Assembly: GCF_006345805.1 (NCBI RefSeq)
Contig: NC_043003.1
Location: forward strand, 66,216,001 to 66,280,000
Reading direction: 5' to 3'
Length of the DNA: 64,000 bases
Source: Octopus sinensis
Lineage: Eukaryota
Each line of letters begins with the position of its first letter. Position 1 is the stretch's first letter. The notes under the pieces are model-generated. The model saw only the letters and a program-made list of their open reading frames with translations. It did not search any database and was not told the origin of the DNA. The position numbers were made by a program, and so were the translations under genes. Below are positions 25,165 to 37,417 of the stretch, in pieces.

Positions 25165-25790
25165 AAGGCGGCGAGCTGGTAGAAACGTTAGCACGCCGGG
25201 AGAAATGCGTAGCCGTATTTCGTCTGCAGTTTCGTTCTGAGTTCAAATTCCGCCGAGGTCAATTGTGCCTTTCATCAATTCGGGGTCCATAAATTGAGTA
25301 CCAGTTACGCACTGGGGTCGATATAATCGACTTAATCCGTTTGTCTGTACTTCTTTGTCCTCCCTGTGTTTAGCCCCTTGTGGGTAGTAAAAAAATAGGT
25401 ATTTCGTCTGCCGTTAAGTTTTGAGTTCAAATTCTGCGACGTTAAATTTGCTTCCATCATTTCGGGGTCGATTAAATAAGTACCAGTTACGCACTGGGGT
25501 CGATATAATCGATTTAATCCCTTTGTCTGTCCTTGTTTGTTCGCTCTATGTTTAGCCCCTTGTGGTCAATAAAGAAATAAGAAACGTTATCACGCCAGGC
25601 GTAATGCTTAGCGGTATTTCGTCTGTCTTTACGTTCTGAGTTCAAATTCCGTCGATGTCGATTTTGGTTTCATCCTTTCGGAGTCGATAAATTATGCACT
25701 GGTTGCGCACAAGGGTCGATGTAATCGACTTAATCCCGTTATCTGTCCTTGTTTGTCCCCTCTATGTTTAACCGCCCCCGTCCTTGTGGG
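25165..25790 (+). mobile_element. SINE family C multimeric array
   Basis: One head (AAGGCGGCGAGCTGG at 25165) followed by three body units, each with GAGTTCAAATTC and GGGTCGAT(A/G)TAATCGA. Confidence 0.85.
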
Positions 25791-26061
25791 CAAAAAAAGA
25801 AATAAATGTATTCTTCTGGCGGGCCTCCGGAGCTATTTAGTATTTAAAAGCTCCTTTTTTATAGATAACCTTTCAACAGGAGGAGCCACGTGGGATAGAG
25901 AATCGCTGAACAAGATGGGTGACAAAGGATTGCCGGACAAAGAACACTAACGTAAGAATAATAATAATTTGAAGTGAGGAACGAGTGTATACAGTGCGTG
26001 TGTTTATTGAACAAGAAAAGGAAATGTCCATCACGAATCATAACAATAACTTGTAAAAATA

Positions 26062-26360
26062 GTGGAGGCGCAATGGCCAAGTGGTTAGGGCAGCGGACTC
26101 GCGGTCGGAGGATCGCGGTTTCGATTCCCAGACCGGGCGTTGTATGTGTTTATTGAGCGAAAACACCTAAAAGCTCCACGAGGCTCCGGCAGGGGTTGGT
26201 GGCGACCCCTGTTGTACGCTTTCGCCACAACTTTCTTTCTCTCTCTCTTCCTATTTTCTTAGTATCGCTGCGATGGATTGGTGTCCCGTCCAGCTGCGAG
26301 GAACACAGAAACCGGGAAACCGGTCCCATGAGTCTGGCTAGGCTTAAAAAGGGCGACGTT
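26062..26360 (+). mobile_element. SINE family B (head GTGGAGGCGCAATGGCC), tail type 1
   Basis: A box TGGCCAAGTGG, B box GTTTCGATTCC; tail GCGATGGATTGGTGTCCCGTCCAG...AGAAACCGG shared with 46239. Confidence 0.88.
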
Positions 26361-26856
26361 TTTTTAGTACTTGATAAGTACTTTATAATATCGACCACAA
26401 AAAGACAGGTGATTGGCAAAGCTTACCGCGGCTCGATTTCAACTCAAAACATTAAAAGCCGGAGGAAATACTACATTTTTTTTTCATTTTTTAACGTACG
26501 CTGGCAATCAATGACTATTTCGAGTGAGAGATAATGCAAAGCAGAGTAGGCTTTGAGCCTTCGTGAAGGCGCACGAATTTTGAACTCAAATGCATAAGGA
26601 AGCGAATATAACATTCATCAATTGTTATCCTTCTACGTTCATCATCCGCAAACACTAAATAAACAAAGTCAAGAAAGAAAAGCAGAAACCAAGAGAGTAT
26701 TATCGCTCACTGTCAAAACATGTTGAAGGACATTGTGCAGTGATCCAAACGATAACTTGCATAATTCTATCTTTAACAACGAAAGATGTGTGTTGTATAG
26801 TTTCTTCCAGATCATAAATAAAATAACAAATACACATATTCATATACGTACATGCA

Positions 26857-26978
<122 letters not shown>

Positions 26979-27216
26979 TTATATATATACGGTATATAAT
27001 ATAATGCAATTATAAAACAGTGTTGTAAATCTAAATAAATGCATATTAACACATTTACATATTTTCCTGCATGTTATTCGTTGCGGGGAAAATTCTAAGA
27101 TGTCTATTGTCTCTGTGTGATTTTATGTGTGGCCTCTGTTTGTGTGAATACATACAAACACACACAAAACACGCACACATAGAAAACATACAAAATTGTA
27201 TGTGTGTGCGTGTATA

Positions 27217-27249
<33 letters not shown>

Positions 27250-27346
27250 AAATGAAATTACACTCTTCCATCTGACAGCGGAAGACAACATAGAAATTCA
27301 CTAGCGCACAAAAAAAAAAAAAGGTATATATCTAAACAAACATTTA

Positions 27347-27420
<74 letters not shown>

Positions 27421-28261
27421 GAAGAATACGTGCACACATACTTAATACATACAGATATATCAAAGCATCACACAAACGTAGAAAAGAATTAAAAATAACA
27501 ACGGAGAGAAAAGAAACTTCCTACCATGTTAATGAAGTATCTGGTGCACATTTGCATAACTCACAACGGTTATTTTCACGTATAGGATTCAATTATAAAT
27601 TGAAGATAATTAGCGCAGTTCGTTTTACAAATCACTCAAAGCCAGCATCTGTTGTCCTTTCAGGATTCCTTATAAATACAAATTTAATATTAAGCGTCAT
27701 ATCTCATGATATCAAATGAAGAGGCTGACAGTGGATTTAATATTTATTGTTGTTTGTGGAAGCCATATTGCATCTCTCAGTTCTAATTATGTTTATATAG
27801 TTTCCGTTTCGAAAAATTCTCGTTCGATGTATGTATGTGAGTATGTATGTATGCATGTATGTATGTATGTATGTATGTATGTATGTATGTATGTATGTAT
27901 GTATGTATGTATGTATGTATGTATGTCACAATTCAGTTTATTTCGAGAGTTCTTGTCGATAGAGAAAGAAACAGTTCCAGAATAAGGACACACATATATA
28001 AATACTTCGTGTATGTATGTACGTATGTAAATATGAGTGTGCGTATATGTACATTTCTATATGTATGTATGTGCATATGTATATGTAATCCAGTCTATAT
28101 CTATACGTGTTTCAGTTTGTATGTGTGTGTGTGTGTGTGTGTGCGTTTGTTCACGTATATGTATGTATAAGTACATTTGTTTCTGAATGTATAGTTATAT
28201 GCCTGTACATGCATACACATACACACACACACATAAATATATATATGCATGTATATATATG

Positions 28262-28360
<99 letters not shown>

Positions 28361-28860
28361 AACTTCATTAAATCTGTTTGGGGGAATGGAAATATTTCTT
28401 CGAGTATAGAAAGAGTTAGCAAAAAATTGGATTAATATTAAAAGTGCAAAATATTTTCAAAAACCTACTTTTTTTAAGTATTGATATGTAGATAGATAGA
28501 TACACACACGCACGCGCACTTACGAACACATTCGCACACATACGCACACTCACACTCACACACACTCACACATACATACATATGATGATGATGACGAGGA
28601 TGATGATGATGATGATGATGATGATAATAATCAGGAGAAATGAATATTTTTTCCACATCATTGATCTTATGTAACAGTTCTTTACAGCATTCTTTCGTGG
28701 ACCTAAGCACATTTCCCCTGGATCGATTGCACACTGTTAGAAGTACATTCTGGTGTCAATGTCGGTGCAGTATCCGCAGGGTCATTCCTTTCTGCCACGA
28801 AACTGATTTAAGAAAAACACGCTAACCACCAGCATTACATATCCTTTGGAATCATTTATA

Positions 28861-29285
28861 TATATATATATCTCACATTGTCGTGTAGTTACTGTTTACA
28901 TCTCGTTTAGAGATTTATTATTGCTTGCATACAGTTTTTCGAGATCAGTGACGAAAAGTTACTGGAAAAACAATAAATAAGGATTTGCATTGGGACTCCC
29001 TTCATCGAAAACCGGTGATTGTCGTACGCCGACGACAGGTCAATACCTAGAAACTGCAGTCCGTGCGTATCACTTAGGTTGACGAGGGAGGAATGACCGC
29101 CCTTTGCAAATACCATAAGGGCACAGAAAGTGTGACTAAAGCCAGCTGGAGACGATGTTCTCCTGGGGCTACAAGCTACAGTAACACCCACCCTTAGTGG
29201 TTAGCCATATTGAGATGGCTAGTATACCTCACATTGTCGTGCAGTTACTGTTTACATCTCGTTCAGAGATTTATTATTGCTTATA
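28861..29285. repeat. ~290-bp GC-richer core flanked by ~60-bp direct repeats
   Basis: CTCACATTGTCGTG(T/C)AGTTACTGTTTACATCTCGTT(T/C)AGAGATTTATTATTGCTT at ~28871-28926 and ~29228-29282. Confidence 0.85.
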
Positions 29286-29309
29286 TATATATATATATAT
29301 ATATATATA

Positions 29310-29757
29310 CGAGCAAAATGCACCCCCCCCCCGTCCAATGGACGGTGCTGGGTTGTCAAACATTTAAACTAAATTTTCTCAAAACAACTTGTCTGACCGT
29401 CCCATAGGCCTCCCCTTTGAGAAACACTGATTTAACCTAAATTTGAGACACCAGCAAAAGAAGAAATAAAGATAGACTTTTTCTATTCCAAAGAAAAACG
29501 ATTTTATTCATACAAATATGCAACCGAAGAGTTTAAATCACAACAGCTGATGTACTTGCGCGTACAAATACACGTTCCCACGGTCTTATCGATCGCATTC
29601 TCACCTGGAATCGATTTTTGTATTTTTTTTCAAGACTTATAAACGTCCTGATACCGTCGGTATCTACATATTCAAATTTGAGCGCAATTAGATGGAGGAT
29701 GTCCGAGATCATAGAAGACACACACACACACGGACAGAACGGATTTTATATAATAGA
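29310..29757 (-). mobile_element. Non-autonomous Helitron-like element
   Basis: Minus strand starts A|TCTATTATATAAAATCCGTTCTGTCCGTGTG and ends with hairpin CCGTCC-ATT-GGACGG (29331-29345) then CTCG|T, a variant of CTRR|T. Confidence 0.65.
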
Positions 29758-30124
29758 TATATAATCAAAATAAGCAACAAGTATATCCAGAGGTAATGCT
29801 GTACGATTGTTTCAAGCAACTCCATTTAATTGAACAATGCAATTGAACAGCTGCATAAAGACAATGAATGGAATTAAATTAAAACAGATATATATATATA
29901 TGATGACTATATACATATAGGCACATGTACGTGGATGTACGGACGCGTATGTGTATGTATGGACATGCGCACCTGCGCGATTGCTATGAACCCTTTTACT
30001 CCCTTACCTTTATCCCTCTCCTTACTTAGCAGTTATTCGAATAGCTCTTTTGTCTTAATACGGTCAATCATATAGTAATTTCCCTTTGTTCAACTGTCAT
30101 TTTCATAGCATTTTTTGATGGCCC

Positions 30125-30185
30125 GATAACTGAAGAGATGCCGGCGTGGGTTTCCGCACCGATATCCGAAACTTGGAGTTTCATC
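30125..30185 (+). ncRNA. Type-I hammerhead-like motif with intact core and long stem II
   Basis: GATAA-CTGAAGA-GAT GCCGG CGTGGGTTTCCGCA CCG AT ATC C-GAAA-CT TGG AGTT-TCATC; stem III ACT/AGT, stem I 4 of 5 pairs. Confidence 0.6.
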
Positions 30186-30410
30186 ATGGCTACCGATTAA
30201 TTGTCACATATTATATTTACAGATGTATATATATATATATGTATATATTGAATACCAAAGCGCAGTGTAGCATCATAAGCCTCTATTTATGCTGTTCACG
30301 TGGTCAGAGTGCAAATTCGACCGCAACCTTCTTTCGGTCACCTTTTGTGACACTCAGAAGAAAAGTTTGTTATATCTTTTTATATGTCGTTGCCCACAAA
30401 TCGCAATATA

Positions 30411-31304
30411 CGTGGTCTGATCAATAAGTATACGGACTGTTATCATAGTAACGAAGATAAAGTACGCAGAGTAAAGCCACTCGGTACAGATTGACGTTAA
30501 ACTCTGCTGTGTTTGTGCACTAAGTTCTAACGTTCTAGCTCACTTCCGCCGTTCACAACAATACTTAGAATGAAAGTGTGTAGTGTGTGATTGTCTCATT
30601 AAATATAACAGAGAAAGTTGAGCAGAGAATCTGCATCAAATTTTGGCAAACGCCTGGCGATACCTGCTCGGAGGCCTACGCAAAGTTTTCAAGAAGTTTT
30701 CATCCTTCTCGACACAATCAAGGCGCTTTGTACAACTGAAACCCGAGTGTGATTTTGGTCAGCTGAAAGCAGTTTTGGAACAAACATAGCGGACACGAGT
30801 CTCATACCGAAATCTTCAGTGATGATGGAATAAATTCAACCGTAACTAATATGGACATTCTCTGATAACATACAGATGGTGATTTTATGATTTCCCCTCA
30901 CAGCTGCACGTACATCTGCGACGTTTTCCTCAATTCCGCTGGTTATGGGTCTCCCAGACAGTTATTCACTATCAATATTTTTTCGGCCAGCTTGGTGACA
31001 TCTGAACCACTTGTACATTTGTGTGAAGCTCACACATTCCTCTCTGTACATTTTCTGCAAATTTGCATCAGCCTCTGAGCAGGTATCGCCATGACAACTT
31101 ACTCTGTCATGGTCAATGCGGCGATCACATGCTACACACCTTCCTTCCAAGTGCTGCTGTAAACAGCAGAAGTGAGTTAGAATTCTAAAACTACGTACGC
31201 ATGCACAGCAGAGATGAAGATCAATCTGAGCCAAGTGGTTTTACTCTACGTACTTTAGCTTATTTACTATAGCAACAGTCCGGATACTTATTGATCATAA
31301 CTCG
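30411..31304. mobile_element. Mariner-derived composite: two transposon 5' ends facing each other, TA-flanked
   Basis: Both ends read TA-CG.G.T.TGATCAATAAGTAT.CGGACTGTT. Plus arm encodes EKVEQRICIKF...GDTCSEAYAK; minus arm encodes GDTCSEADANLQKMY..ECVSFTQMYKWF...SGRP...EENVADVRAAV...GMRLVSAMFVPKLLSADQ. Confidence 0.85.
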
Positions 31305-31409
31305 TAAATACACAACTAAACATGAGTACGTATCTTTAATGGCGTATCTTCATTTATTTCAAATAAGAAGAAATAAAAACTTACTTCGTAGTTTTGAGGT
31401 CGGAAGCAG

Positions 31410-31798
31410 AATGCCACACGCGGTAATTTGTACCAACAGCCACATACATTTATGGTGGAATAGAATGTATGATGCCGGATAAACATCTGACATAATTTTG
31501 TAAACTAAAAATCTGTCACTCCGTGGTGAAGTGTTCCAATTGATCGTGGTATTACCGTGCAAGTGGCTGCGGACTCCACAGGAACGTGTACTTTTAATGT
31601 AGTTCTGAGGAGAATTCAGCATAACATACATTGTGATTTGGCTGCCTCTCTAAATTACTGGTGCAACTCGGTTTTGCTAGTTGAGTGGAGTGGAGCAACG
31701 TAAAATGAAATCACTTGCTCAAGCACACAACGCGCCGTCAGGAACCGAACTCACAACTTTATAATCTTAAGCCTAATTCTCTAACCACTAAGCCACGC
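31410..31798 (-). mobile_element. SINE family G (tRNA head GCGTGGCTTAGTGGTTAG)
   Basis: A box TGGCTTAGTGG, B box GAGTTCGGTTCC; tail AGAACTACATTAA(A/G)(A/G)GTAC.CGT...GCCACTTGCAC shared with ~56430-56500. Confidence 0.7.
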
Positions 31799-31802
31799 AA
31801 TT

Positions 31803-32037
31803 TCACACACACGCACGCGTGCACGCGCACACACATGCATGCACACACACATGAACGCACACGCACACACACACACACACACACACGCACGCACACGCAC
31901 ACACGCACACACACGCACACACTCACACACACACGCACGCACACAAACGCACACACACGCACACAAACGCACACACACGCACACACACATGCGCACGCAC
32001 ACACACACACGCACACAAACGCGCACAAATTCACACA

Positions 32038-32069
<32 letters not shown>

Positions 32070-32105
32070 AACATAAACACACACACACAAACACACACAC
32101 GCAAA
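31803..32105. repeat. (CA)n/(CG) compound microsatellite
   Basis: Seen directly; source of the HT/CV ORFs. Confidence 0.97.
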
Positions 32106-32186
32106 CGAGATTTTCTGGGACATTTTCTAACCATCTGCAACTGGTAAACAAATCAATTCTTACCATCTTACTCTATTTTGCATTAG

Positions 32187-32249
32187 TGGATGTCACGCTC
32201 CAGTAAGCACACCATCAGCAGCAACCGTTTCCATGGCAGTAGGAAGAAA
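32187..32249 (+). CDS. Candidate 63-nt exon (unassigned)
   Basis: ctctattttgcattag acceptor and AAA|gtgagt donor; length divisible by 3; open as WMSRSSKHTISSNRFHGSRKK or GCHAPVSTPSAATVSMAVGR. Confidence 0.35.
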
Positions 32250-32821
32250 GTGAGTCAGCGCTTACGAGGAACTTATTTACACATGTGAAGCGAATAATTT
32301 TTTGGCCTCGTTGTCAAATGTTCATTTGCTGGAAATCTGGGAAGCGGATACGTTCAACACACCACCTGAGATCAAATAAGTACTTTCTCAATATTTTTAA
32401 TGTCAAAAGAGAAACTCATTATTTTAGCTTGAAGTAGCATTTAGAAAGGTCATCCTGAAACTCTCGCATTTCCTCTTTGATGCGTTCCCAACAAAGCGTG
32501 ATTTTCGCGTATCCATTACAAGTGATGAATGAAAACAATACCAAAAAACAAAATTAATATAATCAAATTTGCTACTTAAATCGTGTAGATTGCCATAGGT
32601 TGAATAACAAATACTTCGTTATCTTGTTATATTGGATTAATGATATTTATTATCAACGCTACATCCGGTTTCTGACACTGCTTAACTTCCCTTCTTTGCA
32701 ACTTATTTTTTTTACACCAGCAATCTTCTTACAATACACGCTGTTACGTTGTCAGATAAATTCGTTCGGTTTTGTTTCCATTCATTTTTATTCTAGTCTT
32801 TTTAAATGTTATTCAGGTTCA

Positions 32822-33212
32822 AATTTTGACACAAAGCCAGCAATTTCGGGAGGGGGTGGGGCTAATCGATTCAATCGATTTCAATGCTTAGCTGTTACTT
32901 TTTTTTCTTGACTCGGCAAAATTTGAGCCCAGTACATAAGGACGGACGAAATGCTGCTAAATATTTTGTCCGACTGATTAATGATTCTGTTACTTCGCTG
33001 CCTTACTTCGATCATGCTAGAGCACACCTTAATGAATTTTTGGGCAGAAACGTTAGCACGCCGGCCGAAATGCTTACCAGCATTTCGTCTGTCTTTACGT
33101 TATGAGTTCAAATTCCACCGAGGTCGACTTTACCTTTCATCCTTTCGGAGTCGATAAATTAAGTACCAGTTGCGTACTGGGTCGATATAATAGACTGGCC
33201 CCTCCCCCAAAA
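32822..33212. mobile_element. Two SINE family C copies head-to-head (minus ~32822-32960, plus ~33045-33212)
   Basis: Both match family C in opposite orientations. Confidence 0.75.
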
Positions 33213-33228
33213 TGATAAGCAGAAAAGC

Positions 33229-33283
<55 letters not shown>

Positions 33284-33303
33284 CATCATCATCATCATCA
33301 TCA

Positions 33304-33365
<62 letters not shown>

Positions 33366-33379
33366 ATTATTATTTTTTT

Positions 33380-34080
33380 TTTATTCTTTCAAATTTGCTT
33401 CCATTTCTTGCCGAGTGTCTTCCCGACTCCTAGGGCAAAGAAACTCATAGTATACATTGGTAGGCCATTAAACCAAACTCAGTAGTTCGTTCATTTTTTT
33501 TTTTTTTTTTAAAGTTAAATTAAAATACATGAGCAGCAACAGTTCTCACATCGACAATGCTCTTCTCAATACGTGTGATGTACCAGTTAAGACAATCTTT
33601 TGCACTTCTTGCAGGGATGGTATAATTGGAGATTCGTATTCCACAACGACATATTGTGCTTCAGGAAGTTTGAAATCACAGGGGAAATTTTGAAGATGTC
33701 CAGCAATCTCAAGATCCATGGATGCGGTATACTGTCGAAGGCCTTTTTATAGTCAATCCATGCGGTGCTGAAATTTCTGCGCTTGTTGTGACAGTTCTCA
33801 AGGATCATACGATTGATTAGCAGTTGATCTTTGCATCCGTAAGAGCCTCGGCGGCACCCTTTTTGTTCAATGGGGAGAATATCATTCTTCTCCATGAATG
33901 CATATGTTTTCTCCGCCAGGATAGATGTTAGGATTTTATACGTGGTGGATAGACAGGTTATAGGCCTATAGTTTTTTGGAAGGTTGGTTTCGTTATTCTT
34001 TGGGAGTAGGTAAGTAATGCCACTTGCTAACCATTCAGGTGTTTTCTTTGGGTCTCTCATAATTCCATTGAGCAGCTGAA
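33380..34080 (-). mobile_element. R4/Dong-like non-LTR retrotransposon, 5'-truncated and internally deleted
   Basis: GITYLLPK...NYRPITCLSTTYKILT...EQKGCRRGSYGCKDQLLIN...AWIDYKKAFDSIPH.W RT segment, then the ORF end SLQEVQKIVLTGTSHVLRRALSM* and a 3' UTR; (TAA)n on both sides. Confidence 0.88.
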
Positions 34081-34098
34081 CTATTATTATTATTATTA

Positions 34099-34192
<94 letters not shown>

Positions 34193-34214
34193 TAATTAAT
34201 TATTTATTTATTTA

Positions 34215-34505
34215 TTTTTGAAAGACTTGTACTTACTCTATAGAACTCTTTTCTTAAACCGCCCAAGTTATGGGGAAGTAATCACACCACCACCGATTGT
34301 CAAGTGGTGATGGGGAGAAATACAGACACAAAGACTCACACACATAGACACACACATATGTGACAGATTTCATTCAGTCTCCTTTTGCAAAATCCTCTCA
34401 CAAGGATTTTGTCAGCGCGAGGCTATATTAGAAAATACTCTTCCAATATGCCATGCTGTGGGACTGAACCGAAAACTATGTGGTTGCAAAGCAAATTTCT
34501 TACTG
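34215..34505 (-). mobile_element. SINE family D copy (diverged)
   Basis: AATCCTCTCACAAGGATTTTGTCAGC...GGGACTGAACC matches family D reversed. Confidence 0.75.
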
Positions 34506-36454
34506 CACGAGGGATGTTTCACCGTTACAACAACCTTTACCCATTTCTACACAAATGTACTTTTTATTCCTGTTACAAAAATCGCAACCGTTTCATTTCA
34601 TACACAAATTAATTATTAAAGGATTACGAACCTTTAACGATTGAAATGTTGGGTAAATTTAGCCCTGTTACAGCCAAACTTTCTGTTCAAATCGTAGAGG
34701 TGTTTTGAAAAGTGCCTTACTTTGCTTTTATCTTCGAAACGTGACTACGACAATAATGGCAAGTAATAATTCTTTCAAATTTTTGGCACAAGGCCAACAA
34801 CTTTGAGGTGATGGGGAAGTCAATTACATCGACCCCAATGCTTGACTAGTCCTTATTTTAGCAACTCCGAAAATATTAATTGTAAAGCCTACCTTGTTGG
34901 CATTTGAATTCAAAACGTAAAGCCAGAAGAAAATTTTTAAGGATTTTTTTGTTCGGTGCACTAACGATTCTGTCAGCACGACGGCTTAATTCTAGGACCG
35001 GATTTTTACCTTTTCACCGACAGATTTAAAAAATAATTTTTTGTAACTAAACACTATCAAACTTCGGACACTGATAGAATGTGTTATATCAAACATCTTT
35101 TACTCTTAGCATTTTTGAGAAAAACTTATATTTACGAAGTTATTTCACGTTAAAGTTCTCCTATTTCGATAATTTTAACCAATCAATGACGTGTATTCAG
35201 CTACCCCGACCGCTAACTTGGGTAACGCCGTCAGTAACGCAGAGAAGAGAAAGTTCAACGAATACAAGTGACTGACCGGTCACCATCTGACTTGAGGCTG
35301 TCGAGTCCTCAGTCGTTCTTGGACCCTAGGTTTCCTCCACAAAATCGGGATAAGCGTGCCGTCGGGAACATGAGTCCCGTGAAGTGGGTGGCTGTTGCAC
35401 GCTCAGTCGCTGCTCATTCTCTGCAGCAACGTCTTTGCAGTTATGTCTGCGATGCGCGGCTGAATACTCCATCAGTTCTGGATTGTACAACCTGTTACAT
35501 CTTTTGCCGCTTAATTCTCCCACCATTTTTCTTTTAATTTGTTTCCTTTATAAATAGTTCTGTTTCCCATTTTTTTCTCGAGAATTTTATCTATTACATT
35601 TCTCATGCTTTCGCTTTTTTTCATCTTCCTGTGAAAATATGTTGCTAAATAATATTGAGGATTTCATGAGTTAAAGGAATTCCAGTTAAATCTTAAGTGG
35701 TAGCTTAAAAAGAAGACGCAAAAGAAAGTATTTTCTCTTTTAAATGTAAGATACTACAACTGAGAGTAAGTTACATTGCATATTAATTTAGCTGTTATTT
35801 TTAACATTTCCAGCTTCCTCAGGCAGAGGCAGATCTATAACGGTCATTTCAGTATTCAAACCTAAACAGAGGCACTGAATCCTTCTGGAAACACAAATAC
35901 TAAACAAATTTAATTTTGTGATTAGAGCTACGTAACTTACTTTGTGTGTGAATGCGTGATTGTACGTCTGTGTATGTGTGTGATTGGCAACTAAGTTGGA
36001 GCAGATACATTATTGGAGGAACTGCGATAAGAGCATGGAACGAGGTTTTTCAGTCAATGTTTACAATCTTGGGCTTTGTTAGTCGTAAAACACTCAAACA
36101 CAGAAACGAATAATATTTACCCAGAAGATACTTTCACTGGAATCGTCATTCGCTAAACAACAAACATTCCATTAGATATTTAAATAATCAAGCATTTCAA
36201 GAAAATATCCGACGTCTTTTAGTTGCGCTGATTATATAAACACAGGCTATAAGAAGAATCTGCGTCTTAAAATATATATTTATGCATGTGTGTATGTATA
36301 TATACGCATATATATAAGCATATGGATATGTATATATATATATATATATACCGGAGTAAACACATAAATGTGAAACAATGTGGAAAAAAGAGTACTCAAA
36401 TACCAGTGGTAGAGTAATATGCTTTATTTAAAGCAGCAGAAAATTCAACAAAAC

Positions 36455-36492
36455 CTGTTACTCTGAGTTTCCCATTGCCGTTCATCGGACAG
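36455..36492 (-). ncRNA. Hammerhead-like motif at the start of a PLE-type remnant (~36340-36495)
   Basis: Minus strand CTGT-CCGATGA-ACGGCAATGG-GAAA-CT CAG AGTA-ACAG: perfect 4-bp stem I, 3-bp stem III, GUA triplet; U4C and damaged stem II. Confidence 0.55.
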
Positions 36493-36496
36493 TTGT

Positions 36497-36687
36497 TTAC
36501 TTGTTTCAGCCATTTGACTGTCCCCATGCAGGAGCACCGCCTTTAGTCGAGCAAATCGACCCCAGGACTTATTTTTTGTAAGCCTAGTACTTATTCTATC
36601 ATTTTCTTTGCCGAACCGCTAAGTAAACACACCAGCATCGGTTGTCAAGTGATTTTTTTGAGGGGGGGGACAAAGACAGACGCACAA

Positions 36688-36764
<77 letters not shown>

Positions 36765-36925
36765 TGCATATACGACGAGCTTCTTTCAGTTTCCCTCTAC
36801 CAAATCTACTCACAAGGCTTTGGTCGGCCCGAGGCTATAGTAGAAGACACTTGCCGAAGGTTCCAAGCAGTGGGACTGAACCCGGAACCATGTGGTTCGT
36901 AATCAAGCTACTTACCTCACAACCA
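36497..36925 (-). mobile_element. SINE family D copy
   Basis: Full-length reverse match with internal CA/TA tract. Confidence 0.85.
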
Positions 36926-37344
36926 CTCCTACGCCTCTCTCTCTCTCTCTCTCTCTCACTCTCTCATAAATTCGTACGTATGCATGGAGAAACCGTGCGT
37001 GTGTTTGTATGTTTCTAATCATAATTCTTTCGGCTTTGGCTGTATCTACTAATTATAGAGAGAACAGTAGTTAGTACTAAATAGGTAATGTTACACGAAG
37101 CGCCTAATTAACTTAAACCCTAACCCAAAGAAGCGTAGACATATTAAAAACAGAGAAAATAATCCTGAGAAAACAGCACCTGCAGCGAATGAGAAGAGGA
37201 AGTTAGGTCGGTAAGAAAGAATGGTTTGTAACAGGATAGGACAACCTAATTAGCAGAAATGGTTTGAATTCACTCTTTTCCTTCATTCCGAAATTCACAA
37301 GATGGCGGGCGATGGTGCAGGCGGGTGGCTTGCAAAAACCGCCT

Positions 37345-37364
37345 TGTTGTTATTGTTGTTGTTG

Positions 37365-37417
<53 letters not shown>

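Noticed and set aside
25880-25951. 72-nt exon-like segment with good splice signals
   Set aside because: Stops in all three frames; could only be non-coding or terminal and has no other support.
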